Source: Mayamaea pseudoterrestris | Lineage: Eukaryota | DNA: 64,000 nucleotides | Direction of reading: 5' to 3' | Assembly (NCBI GenBank): GCA_027923505.1 | Contig: BROI01000017.1 | Location: 248,001 to 312,000, forward strand | Shown: positions 52,995 through 64,000 of the stretch, in pieces | Layout: each line of letters begins with the position of its first letter | How positions within the stretch are numbered: position 1 is the stretch's first letter | The notes under the pieces: model-generated | Told to the model about the DNA's origin: nothing | The model's input: only the letters and a program-made list of their open reading frames with translations | Database searches by the model: none | Translations under genes and position numbers: made by a program

Positions 52995-55775
52995 ATGACG
53001 CGCATGTATTCTCTATTGATCTTTCTTGGGATGTACAGGATATGTCAAGGATTTTCATTGATTTCCGTTCGAGACTCTTCTCGCTCGAAACAACCATTGA
53101 CAGTTCGCTTCGACCAAGAAACCGTCGGCTCTGACGCCACTGCATTCAATTTAAACGCATCAAACTCCTTCGGCAGCTTGCTGCTACAGATGCAGACGCA
53201 GGAGAAGTCTCTCATGGCCAGAAACAAGTCGATGGAAACTTTGGATTTGAATGGTTTGTCTTCCTCCAGACAATCAAATGCGACAGACTCGCAGCACCAA
53301 GAAGACGACCGATTTCTTGCTGAAAATGACGAAAGCGAGCAACAAGCGTCAGTGATGGACAGCATGGACTACTCCACAGCCAAGAGCTTGGATGATGCCG
53401 TCACGCGGCTTGCGGGAGACGTTGAGTTCCACAAGTCGGGCGTTGAGGTTCTGCCGCTGGATCCTCTGTATCAAACGCAGCAACAGTCAAAGGCGTCAAC
53501 AACGACAAGAATAGCCACCCTTAAGCAACCAGAAAAGCATCAAGGACGAATTATGAGAGATCGACGATTGACAGCCGCTTCCATTACGGCGTCGATGGAC
53601 ACGCCGGCACAGTGGCGACTCTTTTGCCAGGAGGGCGGAGGCTTGGTGCCTTTACTTGAAACGATTCGCGAGGGTGCTCGCTCAGTCATGCTGGATCATT
53701 CCAGCAGCAAGGACACGACATGGCTGCAGAATCACCATGAGGAGGCAATTATTGCAGCATCCAACGCATGCCGCTCCATTCGTGACGTTTGTGCCGTTAG
53801 TCCAGAGATTGCAGCCATTGTCACGGATGGCATGCTGCGAGTCAATGCTGCGTGGGCCGAGGACGGAGGCTTGCTTGGGGATTTTTGTACATTGCTCGAG
53901 TACGCCAATGACTACACGGAAACCAAGACATCAAGGAAAAGGATGAAGGAAAGTCCGTTTCGACTCTTGCGACGCAACAAGCGAGAGGCCCGCGTCCGGT
54001 GCTTGCTGTACGTGAGTCAGTTGCTGCTTGCCATGACTTTTGCTAGTGACGACGCTATTGTATATATTCGCAAAGCGAACGGTCTTTCGGATGCGATTTT
54101 GGCTTGCTCCTCCTATGCTCGCAAGGAAAAGCGCAGGCGTTGGCTACGCTATCCTGGAGAAGTGGTCAGGTACCTTTGGCGAAAGGAGGTCAAGGCGGAG
54201 TTGGCGCGAAACCCCTTTCTCGAGGCTGCAAAAGTCAAAGATACGCTCGAAGGACAAGTACAAAAGACGGCAAATCTTGTGCTGGCTGCGATTGGCAGCA
54301 ACCAATGGGTGCCGAAAATTCCTGGCCAGCGAGGCCTTCGCATCTTGTGCCTTGATGGCGGCGGATCACGCGGCATTTCGGCAGTGACGGCCTTGAATAG
54401 ACTCATTGAGTATGCCGGTGGCGGCTCGGAGCCAGCCGACTCGTTTGATATAATATGCGGAACGTCGACTGGTGGTATCATTTCTTTTCTTACCGGGCTC
54501 AGGGGCGAGACGAGTCAGCAAGCTGTCGAACGGTAAGATTATGTGCAGTTGGCTACAGTTTCAAACAGTAACTAGCCAGCAACTCACTCCTCATCTTCAC
54601 CAATGACCATCAGGTACAATCAACTGATAAAACAGATTTTCGTCAAATCTGCCCTCTCTACGACGCGCATGCTACTGACAACAGCTAGCTACGACGAATC
54701 CGCATTCATGGATATTTTGCACAAGATCCTCGGCGATGCTACTATGCTCGACAGTAGATCCGATCCATGTATGTATACGCAACATAAAATATGTCAATAC
54801 GTGATCTTTCGTTCAAATGGACTGCTCTCACATTCTTGGTCTGTCTAATATATCGCAGCCAAGCCGCTTGTGTTTTGTGTCACGTCAAAAATGAGCAGCA
54901 CACCCACGCACGTATCTCTTTTTCGAAACTACAATTACAAGGCCGGTGAACTTTCAGATCATTTCGTCATTGACCCCCAAAAGGCTAGAGAGGAGATTGG
55001 CATTCCGTTGGAACAAGAAGACGAGCTAATTCGGTGCAACGACTATGCACGTAGTGGGGTCGATGTTTCCTCTCCTGGCTTGAAAAAGACGGATGGGTCT
55101 AGGCATCCCGGAAGTTTCCGCGTGCTCCAGCGATATGCACTTCGGGCATCGACGGCAGCACCGACTGTCTTCAAGCCGGTCATGATGCAAGGCGAAATGT
55201 ACTGCGACGGCGGAATCGTTGCGAGCAACCCTTCGGCAATTGCAATCCACGAAGCTCGAACTTTGTTTCCAGATGTACCGATTGAGATGGTTGTATCTAT
55301 AGGAACTGGTGCCTTCTTGGAGCAGAAGAGTAGTCCCCGCATTGGCTGGGACGGTATCATTGGACAAATCGTTGGGTCGGCTTGTGACGGAGAGCAAATT
55401 CACCACATCCTCGAGGACATTCTCGGCGATAGTACCTTCACAGGCCGTGGCTCATCGCTCTCGCAGACACGCTACTACCGCTTTAATCCAGTTATCGGTC
55501 TACCAGGTAAGTACTACTTGCTTGTGGGTAATGATTTTTTGTTGATGCTGAGACAGCATCTTACATTGAAGCGCGCATTCCTTTTCGCGTTTACAGATGC
55601 GTTCCCCATCGACGTGACTGATCCCGAGAAGCTTCGTCAACTACGTGAGATTACCTTAAAGTACATGGACACTCCTACACAGCGAGTTAAAATGGACGAG
55701 ATTGCTAGCATCTTTAAGGGACGGAAGCCGGCCAAGCAAGGCCGACTCCGGCGATTGCTCTCGAACCTGCGTTAA
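52995..55775 (+). CDS. Patatin-like phospholipase (iPLA2-gamma/PNPLA8-like), multi-exon, possibly plastid-targeted
   Basis: LCLDGGGSRG, FDIICGTSTGG, RASTAAPTVF, DGG..ASNP, VSIGTG, YYRFNP; three introns (~54533, ~54768, ~55507); CQG-FSL presequence. Confidence 0.9.
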
Positions 55776-56203
55776 TCAGATTGGCAGACAAGCTACCTGT
55801 ATGCTATTAATCACATAGAACTATTAGATTTTTGCGTTCTGGCGTAAAAAGCAACAAAGCTTAAACCATGGAGCTTACCTGAAGTTAGTAGTTAGTCGTA
55901 CCGGCACTCGATCTTCTTTCGCACCGATCGACAACCATGACATTCGGCCCTCACAGCACATTGCCGCTGTTCTCACAACAAGAGTCGATGTTTCTATTAA
56001 AAGTGCATGTCTTGTAGCTTATTGAAGGTTGCATAGGAAGTATTAGGCAAATACGAAGACGTCACGTTCCATCGCTGCAAGCAGTCAATCAGGGTGAGCA
56101 ACTATTCGAGGAGACAGCAAAAGCAGCAACATCTTCGTGTCAATCAAACCTTCCAGAATCACTCGGTCGATCTCAATCACATCATCAACGGAGTATCAAC
56201 AAT

Positions 56204-58609
56204 ATGCAATCGCAGCAAGGTGTCCTTTGGAAGCGACGTGATGTCTTCAAGAACCGTTGGCGACCGAGGTGAGCAAGCAGCAAGTAGTAAATGCACCTTT
56301 TGTTGCGCGAGTCCATCACTCTCTCACCTTTCTTTTATGCATTATACTTTTTTAGATGGTTCATTCTGCAGCCCGATCAAGGACTGTTGACCTATTACCT
56401 CTTGGCTTCTTCGTCGGTGAATGACACGATTGCTGGCGCATCTCCTTCGCGTCTGTACGAGTCGAGCGCCATGACCAACCCAGCGCGCGAAAGGGACGCG
56501 AATCGAAATCGGACCACCTCGTTTGACTCGAGCATTACCGAAAATACCATCAACTACGACGTTATACCACGCGGGACTATCTTTTTGTTGAACTGCAAGG
56601 TTTTAGTGAATGAAGGATTGACAAATGTGCGCGAACGCCTCTATATTTTTACAATCGAGTCGCCTCCAAACACCAAGGAAACAAAAGTTCATTTGGCAGC
56701 ACGGTCAGCACAGGTTCGAGATGCATGGATCCTTCACATTTCTCGCGTCTGCGAGTCCCTATCGGCGGCAGCTACGCCGGCACCTCGAAGTCCTCCGCGA
56801 TTACGCGCAGCTGCTCCATTAAGGTCAGGTCCAAGGGTAACAAATACGGCAGCGACTGACAACAGTCCAGTGAACAGTGTTGTCGAGGTCCCTGCGAGTG
56901 AAATAGATGCCATTGAATCTCCTGCATGGAGCAGCGTGGATGAATCATCCAATGTGTACGCCAATGTTTCCGCAAGTCTCAAGGCGAGGATCGAGCGAGA
57001 GATTGCTATGAACCTTGCCTTCTGCAATGCTATGCAGACGCCAGATGAAAATGATTGGCAGAAGCTTTATGTACGAAGTGATGGGTCCGCTGCATATCAG
57101 AAACGAAACGCGGCGGCGCAGCCTATGATTCTGACAATGACGCAGCTCGATCAGCCTGTCAAGCAAGTTTTTAATCTACTCGTGGACCCGAGCCGACGGC
57201 ATGAGTTTGAAGCCAATGCACGACAGTGTGAGCGCCTGCAAGTGTTAAGTCCTCATACATTCTTTGACTACTATTCATACAATGCTGTCTGGCCAAGTCG
57301 TCCGCGTGAGTTTGCCGTTGCGGTCCACTGGCAAATACTGCAAAACAATGATGACCAAAAGGCTATTGCCATTGTTGCCTTTTCGTGGGACGAAGCGAGT
57401 GCATTAAAACCAATTCGGGACAACGTTCGCGCCACGATATTTGTTAACTTTACGTTGCTACGTCAGACGGGTCCAAATACTTGCCATGCCACCCGGGTTC
57501 TATCTTATACATTAGGAGGCAGTATTCCTTCTGCACTGAGCACGTATATCATTGCCCAGCAAGTCGGTTCGACGCGTGCGGTAGGAGAGCGGCTATCGCG
57601 GTACGAAGCCGTTCCAGCTGCTCGACTGAAGGGCCCATTGACGAGGGAATCAATCATTGAAGATGTCATTCAGCGCATAGGGACCGAAGCCGCAGATGCA
57701 TTGCTGAGTCGACAGAACTCAGGCGACGATGACTTGTCGCTTGTCCTCTCAGACTCGGACCGTGGGGCACATGATCAAAAGAGAGTCCCCTTGGTCGTTG
57801 CAACGACAATCCTGTTGTGTCCACTGCTTCTATATCATACAGCAATCCGCCTCGCGACGCCATATCCAGGACTTTGTTTCCTCGCTAGTGCATTCCTTGT
57901 TGCGCGGCAACTGGTGCTTTTACATTATTCTGCTATCAATACAATGCTTGATTCGAAAGTTGGCGGACCCGTGACTGGGAGCATTACTTGTCGCTTCAAG
58001 GTTGATTTAAAGGGAGTGTTGCGTTTTCTCGCAAATAGAAAGGAAGAGCGCCAACCTGGATCAAGTGATGTATCTGTCGTGCACATTGTGGCGAGAGCGT
58101 GTGCGGTGGCTTTGAAAAAGCATCAGCTACACACAAAGCACCTGCATGTTCCATTCTTGTTAATTGACAAATACGTCCCTTGCGGAGTAGACGATCATGT
58201 TTCTGTGTCGTTAGTCCTGGAACCAGACAGCTCTCCGGTAACGGTCGCACTTGTTGACGAAAAATCTGTTCACGAGGTTGCTGACGCAGTTGAAAAAATG
58301 CGACACAATCTGGAGCCGTCGAGAGATCTTGGATCATGTCTTGTGCTTGCCAGCCACAACTTTGACGACAGCGACATTGAAACGGATGCGGTGGCTGTAC
58401 ATCCAGGCGTGAACCTTGTCGCTGTTATTGGAAGTGTCGCACTTGATCGTGCTCAGTACACTCCGAAGGGGCTTGCTGCTTCGCCTCGACCCACCCTACA
58501 GCTATCTCTCACCACGACATCAGAGAAAGCTACGTTCTCATCTTCTTGTCGGTTGGCGGAAGAGATTCAAAAGCTGATCATGTACCCTGAAATCTGCGAT
58601 GATTCATAA
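56204..58609 (+). CDS. PH + START + TM hairpin + degenerate 2-oxoacid dehydrogenase E2-like (CAT-fold) domain protein
   Basis: Exon 1 MQSQQGVLWKRRDVFKNRWRPR, intron 56269-56355, then WFIL...LAARSAQVRDAWI (PH). AVWPSRPREF..TLGGSIP (START); two hydrophobic helices; C-terminal E2-like pattern. Confidence 0.8.
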
Positions 58610-59268
58610 AATATAAAATAAGAAAATTTCATTTTTGCTGCTGCTATTCATTGGTACAGACATAGCTGGGCACATCGCATCTATGGTAAACATACACCAG
58701 GGTTTTGGAGTTGCTTCCAATAAACTTACGGTTGTACATTGTAGAGTATCCCTCAGGGCAGCACATATTAGCCCGACTGATAACGCTAGTCGATGGGTCT
58801 TGCTGGTTTACCTCCAATGAAGTTTCAAATTCTTTGGCAAATGGAGAGCCAGAATCAAATAAGATGCTCCAAGCTACTCTCCAGCAAGCGCCTGACCTTC
58901 GCTAAATAGTGGCTATAGCAGCTTCATGGCACGACTTATTTCTGGACTGACCACCGGAAGCCAATACTTCAATGGCTGTCTGTCCTGCTGCTCCAGCTCC
59001 AATGTTAATAATCTACTCTTATTGCCGTTGCACATGGTGTTGGCACTATCTATATATATGTATGTCCATTGGTTGCAAATAGTGTTGTTACATAAAAAGT
59101 GTCGTAGTTTGGCGAGGCCATTACCGATGCGATGCGATAGTTCTGGTAGTGATGCGACACGACCTGCCGCGGCAAAGCGCCACTTGGCAACCACCGGATG
59201 CTGCTTACTTTTGCGCCTTGCACTCGTCTCCATGAACATAATATGGCACCTACTATTGTAGGTCGAGC

Positions 59269-60327
59269 ATGGTGTCGCTTCCATTTACACATCATCGCAA
59301 TCCGAGAACGGTTGTGAATGGCCGCCTTGTGGAGCCTCAACGACGGTCATTGTCGCTGCAGCGACTTGCTGTTGTCAGTCTTTGTCTGGCGTTTCTTTAC
59401 TATACAAATTACAACAGCCTTTCATTGTCGCGACGAAGACGAGCCACGAAGAATTTTGCATTTTGGAGTCTCACGGAAGTTTCGTCCGATCGTGTACGCA
59501 TCCAGGCGGCAAGATTGAGTTACGACTGCTTGGTGCGCAAGAATCCAGTCTGCGCCTATATCCGCGATCAGTTGGCGCATGGCAAGCCAATCTTGTACGA
59601 TGAAAATGATTACCCATACACGGTGCATCGAACAATTTGCTGGAGTTTGTTTTTCCTGAGTTTGCTGCAATGGTGTTGGGATGGTACCAAGTTGAATCGA
59701 TTCTCTCGAAACATGTTTCTGGATGCCGCTTTGGATTTACTTTTGCTGCCTCTTGATTCCGTCTTGTCCTTGATTGGGTTGCTTTCGTTTGTCTTGTATC
59801 CAACATGGATGCGCATGCAAACGATGGTGCTTCTGCAGCACCAATCAAGCTTGTTTCACGAATCCTTTGCCTTCTCGGTGGCATGCCTGTTACTCATTTC
59901 CGTATTGGGCAACGCTCTATCGCGCTACTTTTTTAATGCGAGTCACTCGTGTCAGCTGGGTAGACTCGCTCCAGCACCCGCGCATGCATTGATTGCAGCT
60001 GCGGCAGGCTACTATCGAGGTACCTTTGCGAGTGATATACTTTTTGCGGGAGCGACACCATCGCATACGTTGTATGGCACGCACTACTATTCGCCAATGA
60101 CAATGAACTGGATGCTGGTCAGTTTCGTCGTGGCGTCTGTCATTTTGGCGAGGCGGAGAGGCTATGGAATTGGTATCATCGTATCTTGGATCTTGGTGAA
60201 TATCATGGCAGCCATGATGGGTCGGTACCAGCAGGAACAGCAATTGTTGCCAGTCTTGGCAGGCAGTGTTTCGAATGCATGGTCAGAATTTTTGCAAAGC
60301 TTGGTCCAGAACCAAGATTACTTTTGA
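59269..60327 (+). CDS. Uncharacterised multi-pass membrane protein
   Basis: 352-aa ORF with about six to seven hydrophobic segments; no confident family. Confidence 0.6.
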   Translation: MVSLPFTHHRNPRTVVNGRLVEPQRRSLSLQRLAVVSLCLAFLYYTNYNSLSLSRRRRATKNFAFWSLTEVSSDRVRIQAARLSYDCLVRKNPVCAYIRDQLAHGKPILYDENDYPYTVHRTICWSLFFLSLLQWCWDGTKLNRFSRNMFLDAALDLLLLPLDSVLSLIGLLSFVLYPTWMRMQTMVLLQHQSSLFHESFAFSVACLLLISVLGNALSRYFFNASHSCQLGRLAPAPAHALIAAAAGYYRGTFASDILFAGATPSHTLYGTHYYSPMTMNWMLVSFVVASVILARRRGYGIGIIVSWILVNIMAAMMGRYQQEQQLLPVLAGSVSNAWSEFLQSLVQNQDYF

Positions 60328-61255
60328 AAGCTTTGAGGTACGGTTAACAGCGAGATTCAAACGTCATCGCTTGCCCTGCTAGAGCCTACGTGTTCCTGTT
60401 GCTGTGAATTTACGTTTGGGTATTTTTGTATGGGCAAAGAGTAAAATAATGAGAGTTCCAAATTCTTCATTCGATCGGATGCGTTTGTGCGCCATGAAAC
60501 TTTGAATAGCCAGTGAACCTTACATTCTTATTTTTGCTCTGCCATTGTCAAGCTTTGAAAAATATCGTCGAAGTCTGGGCCGAAAGTAGGCAGGCAAGGA
60601 TGACGTGAACGAATAAATAGTTGGTGAGTTCTTCAATCTATTCCACTCGCATAGCATGCGCGAAAAGGTGTCGAACAAAGAGCTCGCTCGGGACCTGATA
60701 CTAGTGTGCGAGATGGAACTGAGTTGCATTGTGATAGACATGGCGGCCGTGGTGCCGGCTTGGGAGAAAGTATGGGCGGAAACGTTTGCGCCAATTCACA
60801 AGATTTACACGGTCATACTAGCGCATCACCTTTTCCAAAGTTGATGCCTGGCTCAACGGGAGCCGCGATCAAAGCCTACCTGCGCACGGTTCCGCCTGGA
60901 TGTTCTCTTAGGCAATGTAAACGGCCCATGTTGCACGCTGTCTTTTGCGATGCATTTTGTTTGTTGCGATAACAGCGACCGCCACTTAATGGATGGATGG
61001 TTGTTTACGAAGCTACATACATTTGAGTGGATCGGAAAGTTGTTTTTATATCTAAGAAAATATTGTCTCATTATTTATGCTTCCATCTGCAGGACATCGA
61101 CTCGAGAGAACGCATGTGCGTGTGCCTTGGACCAGAAGGCAACGTATTGAATGCCTCCACGCTTGTCGCGACATATGAACATATAGGAGCTTTTAAACAG
61201 CATTACCGGTAGAAGAAATTTCATAGATTTGTATTGCTTTGTATGGTCCACTTGT

Positions 61256-63080
61256 TCACACAGACATCAGTTGAACGACCCGCATATCGTCGTCCCCACC
61301 CACCGAAGACGAATGCCCGGAATCATGATCGTCCTCGCCTTCGCTGTCGACGGGCGCCGGATTGACTGCTTGCAGCAAATCCTGCAAACTTGCATACACA
61401 CTCATGCTTGGCGTTATAGTTCGCTCCAAAACCATAATGGTGGCATTTGCGTGTCGTTTCATGGCAGCTTCCTCCTCCGAGCTGAATTTTGGATTGAGCA
61501 AGATGCCTCGCAAAGCTAACACCAAGGCCGGGTGGTTGATGATAGTCTCAGCAGTATCTTGAACTGCCATGTTGTGAATCGCCGCAAAGGCTCGCTCCTT
61601 GACGTGCGCATCCGGATCGTTCAAGGCAGCATCCGTCAACACATCCAGCACAAGGCCCTGTCGATACGCGCATAAATGCAGCTTTATACGCTTGGGCGCC
61701 GCAGCCAAGTTCCGCAATGCTCCCACGGCATGTCGCCGAGTGGAAACCAAAATATCAGAAATGGTGTGACTAGACGGCAGCGGCGCTTGTCGATGTACCG
61801 ACAGTTCCGCCATGAGGTCAAGTAATTCCGCATTCTCAGCCAACATAATTTTGTTTTCCGGTGCCCAACTCAAGTTCAAAATAGCCCGGCTGACAATGTT
61901 GCGACTCCGTAAGATTTCGGTAAAATGCTCCAAGTTGTGCAGCGCACTGTCGCTCTTGTGCAGCGGTCGACGAGCCACATTGACAAGCGTTTCGACCAAG
62001 CCATCCCGGGTAACCATCATGAGCATATTCTCCGCGTCACACGCTAAATTGGCAATTACCCAGAGAGCTGAGAGTCGAGCTTGCCAGGGAACGGCCGAAT
62101 ATGGTGACTGGCATAGTCGCATCAAGATTGGTAGACACTTGGGAAAGTTTGCTAGCGTCTTGATGGCATCGCCCACACGTGCATAGTGGCCAAGCAGTTT
62201 TGTTGCGTACTGCAGAAACAAGGAAGCGTCATGCGACGCATCGTACTCATTATGCTGATTGTTGTCATTTGCACCATGATGAACATAGCCTACGTATTCC
62301 TTACCATCCTGACAATTTGCAAGGCGTCGATCCATTTCTCGCTCGACGGCATCAATCAGGAGACTCAAAGTAATGCTTCCCATGCGCAAAAAGCTGGCGC
62401 GGACCATGCTACTTGAGCTTCGATGCACTAGTTCCATGGCTTGGGCAGTTAGTGCCAACTCCGTCGTGATTATTGCTTCATGCTTGTTAGTACCGCTACT
62501 GACACGCGTTGTTTCCGTTTGACTGGCAACACGCAGTAAAAAGACAAAGTGTTTCAACAATGCCGCGTCTGCTCCAGCGGCCATTTCCTGATTGTGATGC
62601 GATTCATCATCGTTGCTTTCAAAGGTTTCGACTGCTCGTTGAATGGCCTCGAGTCGCTCCGATCGTGTCACGCAAGTGGCGAGTGCTGCAGAATGCAAAT
62701 GAACATTGCAAGTAGGAAATGGAGACTGAGCAGGCAATTTATGCAAGCGTCATCACAATGTATCTCACTTGGAATACCTAATCCTACGTACCATCCACGA
62801 CTTGCTTTGGCGTCCATTTTGACGGTGATGCTTGGAGTCGCATTCGCTTGTGCTGAGGCAGACTTGATGCATCTTCATCGTGCTGATGCTGCTGATGGAA
62901 CAAGGTAAAATCAACGCTCTTTTTGCGTCGAGGTGGCCCGGATTCATTCGTGATTGGAGTCGCTTGGTGGCTATTATGATTCATGGTGCTCCTTTCAAAG
63001 CTGCTCGTCGAAATGCGATAGTCATCGTCATCCGATGCGGACAGCATGGCATTGGCCATGGTTAACAGGCTGGCGGCCAT
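61256..63080 (-). CDS. Armadillo-repeat protein (two exons)
   Basis: ALWVIANLA, RAILNLSW..ENK, AVGALRNLA, AFAAIHNMA. Upstream ORF 62784-63080 splices in phase via gtacgt...ctgcag. Confidence 0.78.
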
Positions 63081-63643
63081 GCAAAACTACTATGATACTT
63101 GACCGCAGCCTGACTTTTGTCGTTCGAGTTTAATGTCAATGCCCTTTATGAATGAGGCTGCTGACCTTGTCCGCCTTTCCCTCACGCATTGGAGAGTGGC
63201 TTCACCATGATGGATCGCTGTCACGTTGACACCGAATCTTCGCGTTCGCACCGCGGAGCCACGAAACGTCCCTGTGTCACATCAGGACCAATGTAAGTGC
63301 GAGTTTTAGTTAAGCCTGTTTTGCACTATTGCCTACTTATGAGTTTTCATCTGTTGCCCATTCGTGAGTGTTCATCGTGGCCTGTTTTATACTATTGCCT
63401 GCGTTTGGCTTTCATTGTCGGTGCCGACGCGCGGAAGTCGGACGTTGGTGCGCCGCGCGCCATGGCCAATGAGCCAACGAAACAAAGATTGCAGCAGCCA
63501 TCGAACGAAAGGTCCTCATCTCGTTACGCTACAATTGTATCACTGTAAACGTTATTTCCTTTCGCGAGCGCAGTCGGTAACAGGGACTGCGATTGTTGAA
63601 GCAAGTTTCTACCTCCATCCGCTGCAAGTCCTTCGTCATTGCA

Positions 63644-64000
63644 ATGACAAGTTTGATGCAAATGCAAGCAACCGCCACAGGGGAAGCGCAGTCTTTGCAT
63701 CCTGGCGAGGATGACCAAAGCAAGGAGCAGCGAGAGACTATCGAATCGAAATATGCCGCTAATGATGAAGATTCCGGTGAAGATGACGATGATGACGATG
63801 AAGTCATAGTCTTGAATGAAGGAGGAGGCAAGCTGGAGAATGACTCGACTCCACGCCGCTCTAGCCGCAAGCGAACATCGACAGTCATCCACGTCAAAGG
63901 CGGTCATGCCATCAAGAAGGAGAATAACTATGTTCTCAAGGGACATTCGTACGTTTTTGGAGTCCGCGATGAGGAGCAAGTTGCACCGAAACAGCGAGCC
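63644..64000 (+). CDS. N-terminal part of a protein running off the window end (acidic stretch, NLS-like RRSSRKR)
   Basis: Open frame MTSLMQMQ...EDDDDDDEVIVL...RRSSRKRTSTVIHVKGGHAIKKENNY to base 64000. Confidence 0.55.
   Translation, partial: MTSLMQMQATATGEAQSLHPGEDDQSKEQRETIESKYAANDEDSGEDDDDDDEVIVLNEGGGKLENDSTPRRSSRKRTSTVIHVKGGHAIKKENNYVLKGHSYVFGVRDEEQVAPKQRA

Noticed and set aside
60330..61250. Several 60-90 aa ORFs between convergent genes
   Set aside because: Short, no motifs and no coherent exon chain.

Overview
Gene-dense eukaryotic nuclear DNA, most likely from a diatom. The evidence is short GT-AG introns, many bipartite plastid-targeting presequences of the ASAFAP type, a VDE-like gene, an EF-hand K+/H+ antiporter and a CoDi-type Copia element. 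About 30 protein-coding genes are present, often head-to-head across 200-300 bp gaps. At 1-4.6 kb three plastid-targeted pigment genes sit together: a HugZ/HOZ-like heme-binding split-barrel protein, an RCCR/ferredoxin-dependent bilin reductase-family protein and a violaxanthin de-epoxidase-like protein. The 6.6-18.7 kb stretch is accessory. It holds a ~3.7 kb tandem duplication (ankyrin gene plus Pro/Thr-rich secreted protein) split by a 5'-truncated Copia ending in an intact 3' LTR, secreted/GPI-type proteins and a DNA-transposase remnant. The duplication may be an uncollapsed haplotype. The rest is mostly housekeeping: CDF transporter, HMG-box protein, KEA antiporter, ABC ATPase, alpha-tubulin, CTP-dependent lipid kinase, LRR protein, RluA, COX5B, proteasome beta3 with a signal peptide, thioredoxin, truncated haemoglobin, DUF1415, NHP2, Sen1-like helicase, GRAB golgin, NIPA, plastid RF1, patatin phospholipase, PH-START fusion and ARM protein. 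The most notable items are the HOZ + bilin-reductase + VDL cluster, a PH-START-TM protein fused to an apparently dead E2 acyltransferase domain, and a Sen1-like helicase with an inserted WW-like domain and five DPRK repeats. All calls come from reading motifs by eye; no searches were run.
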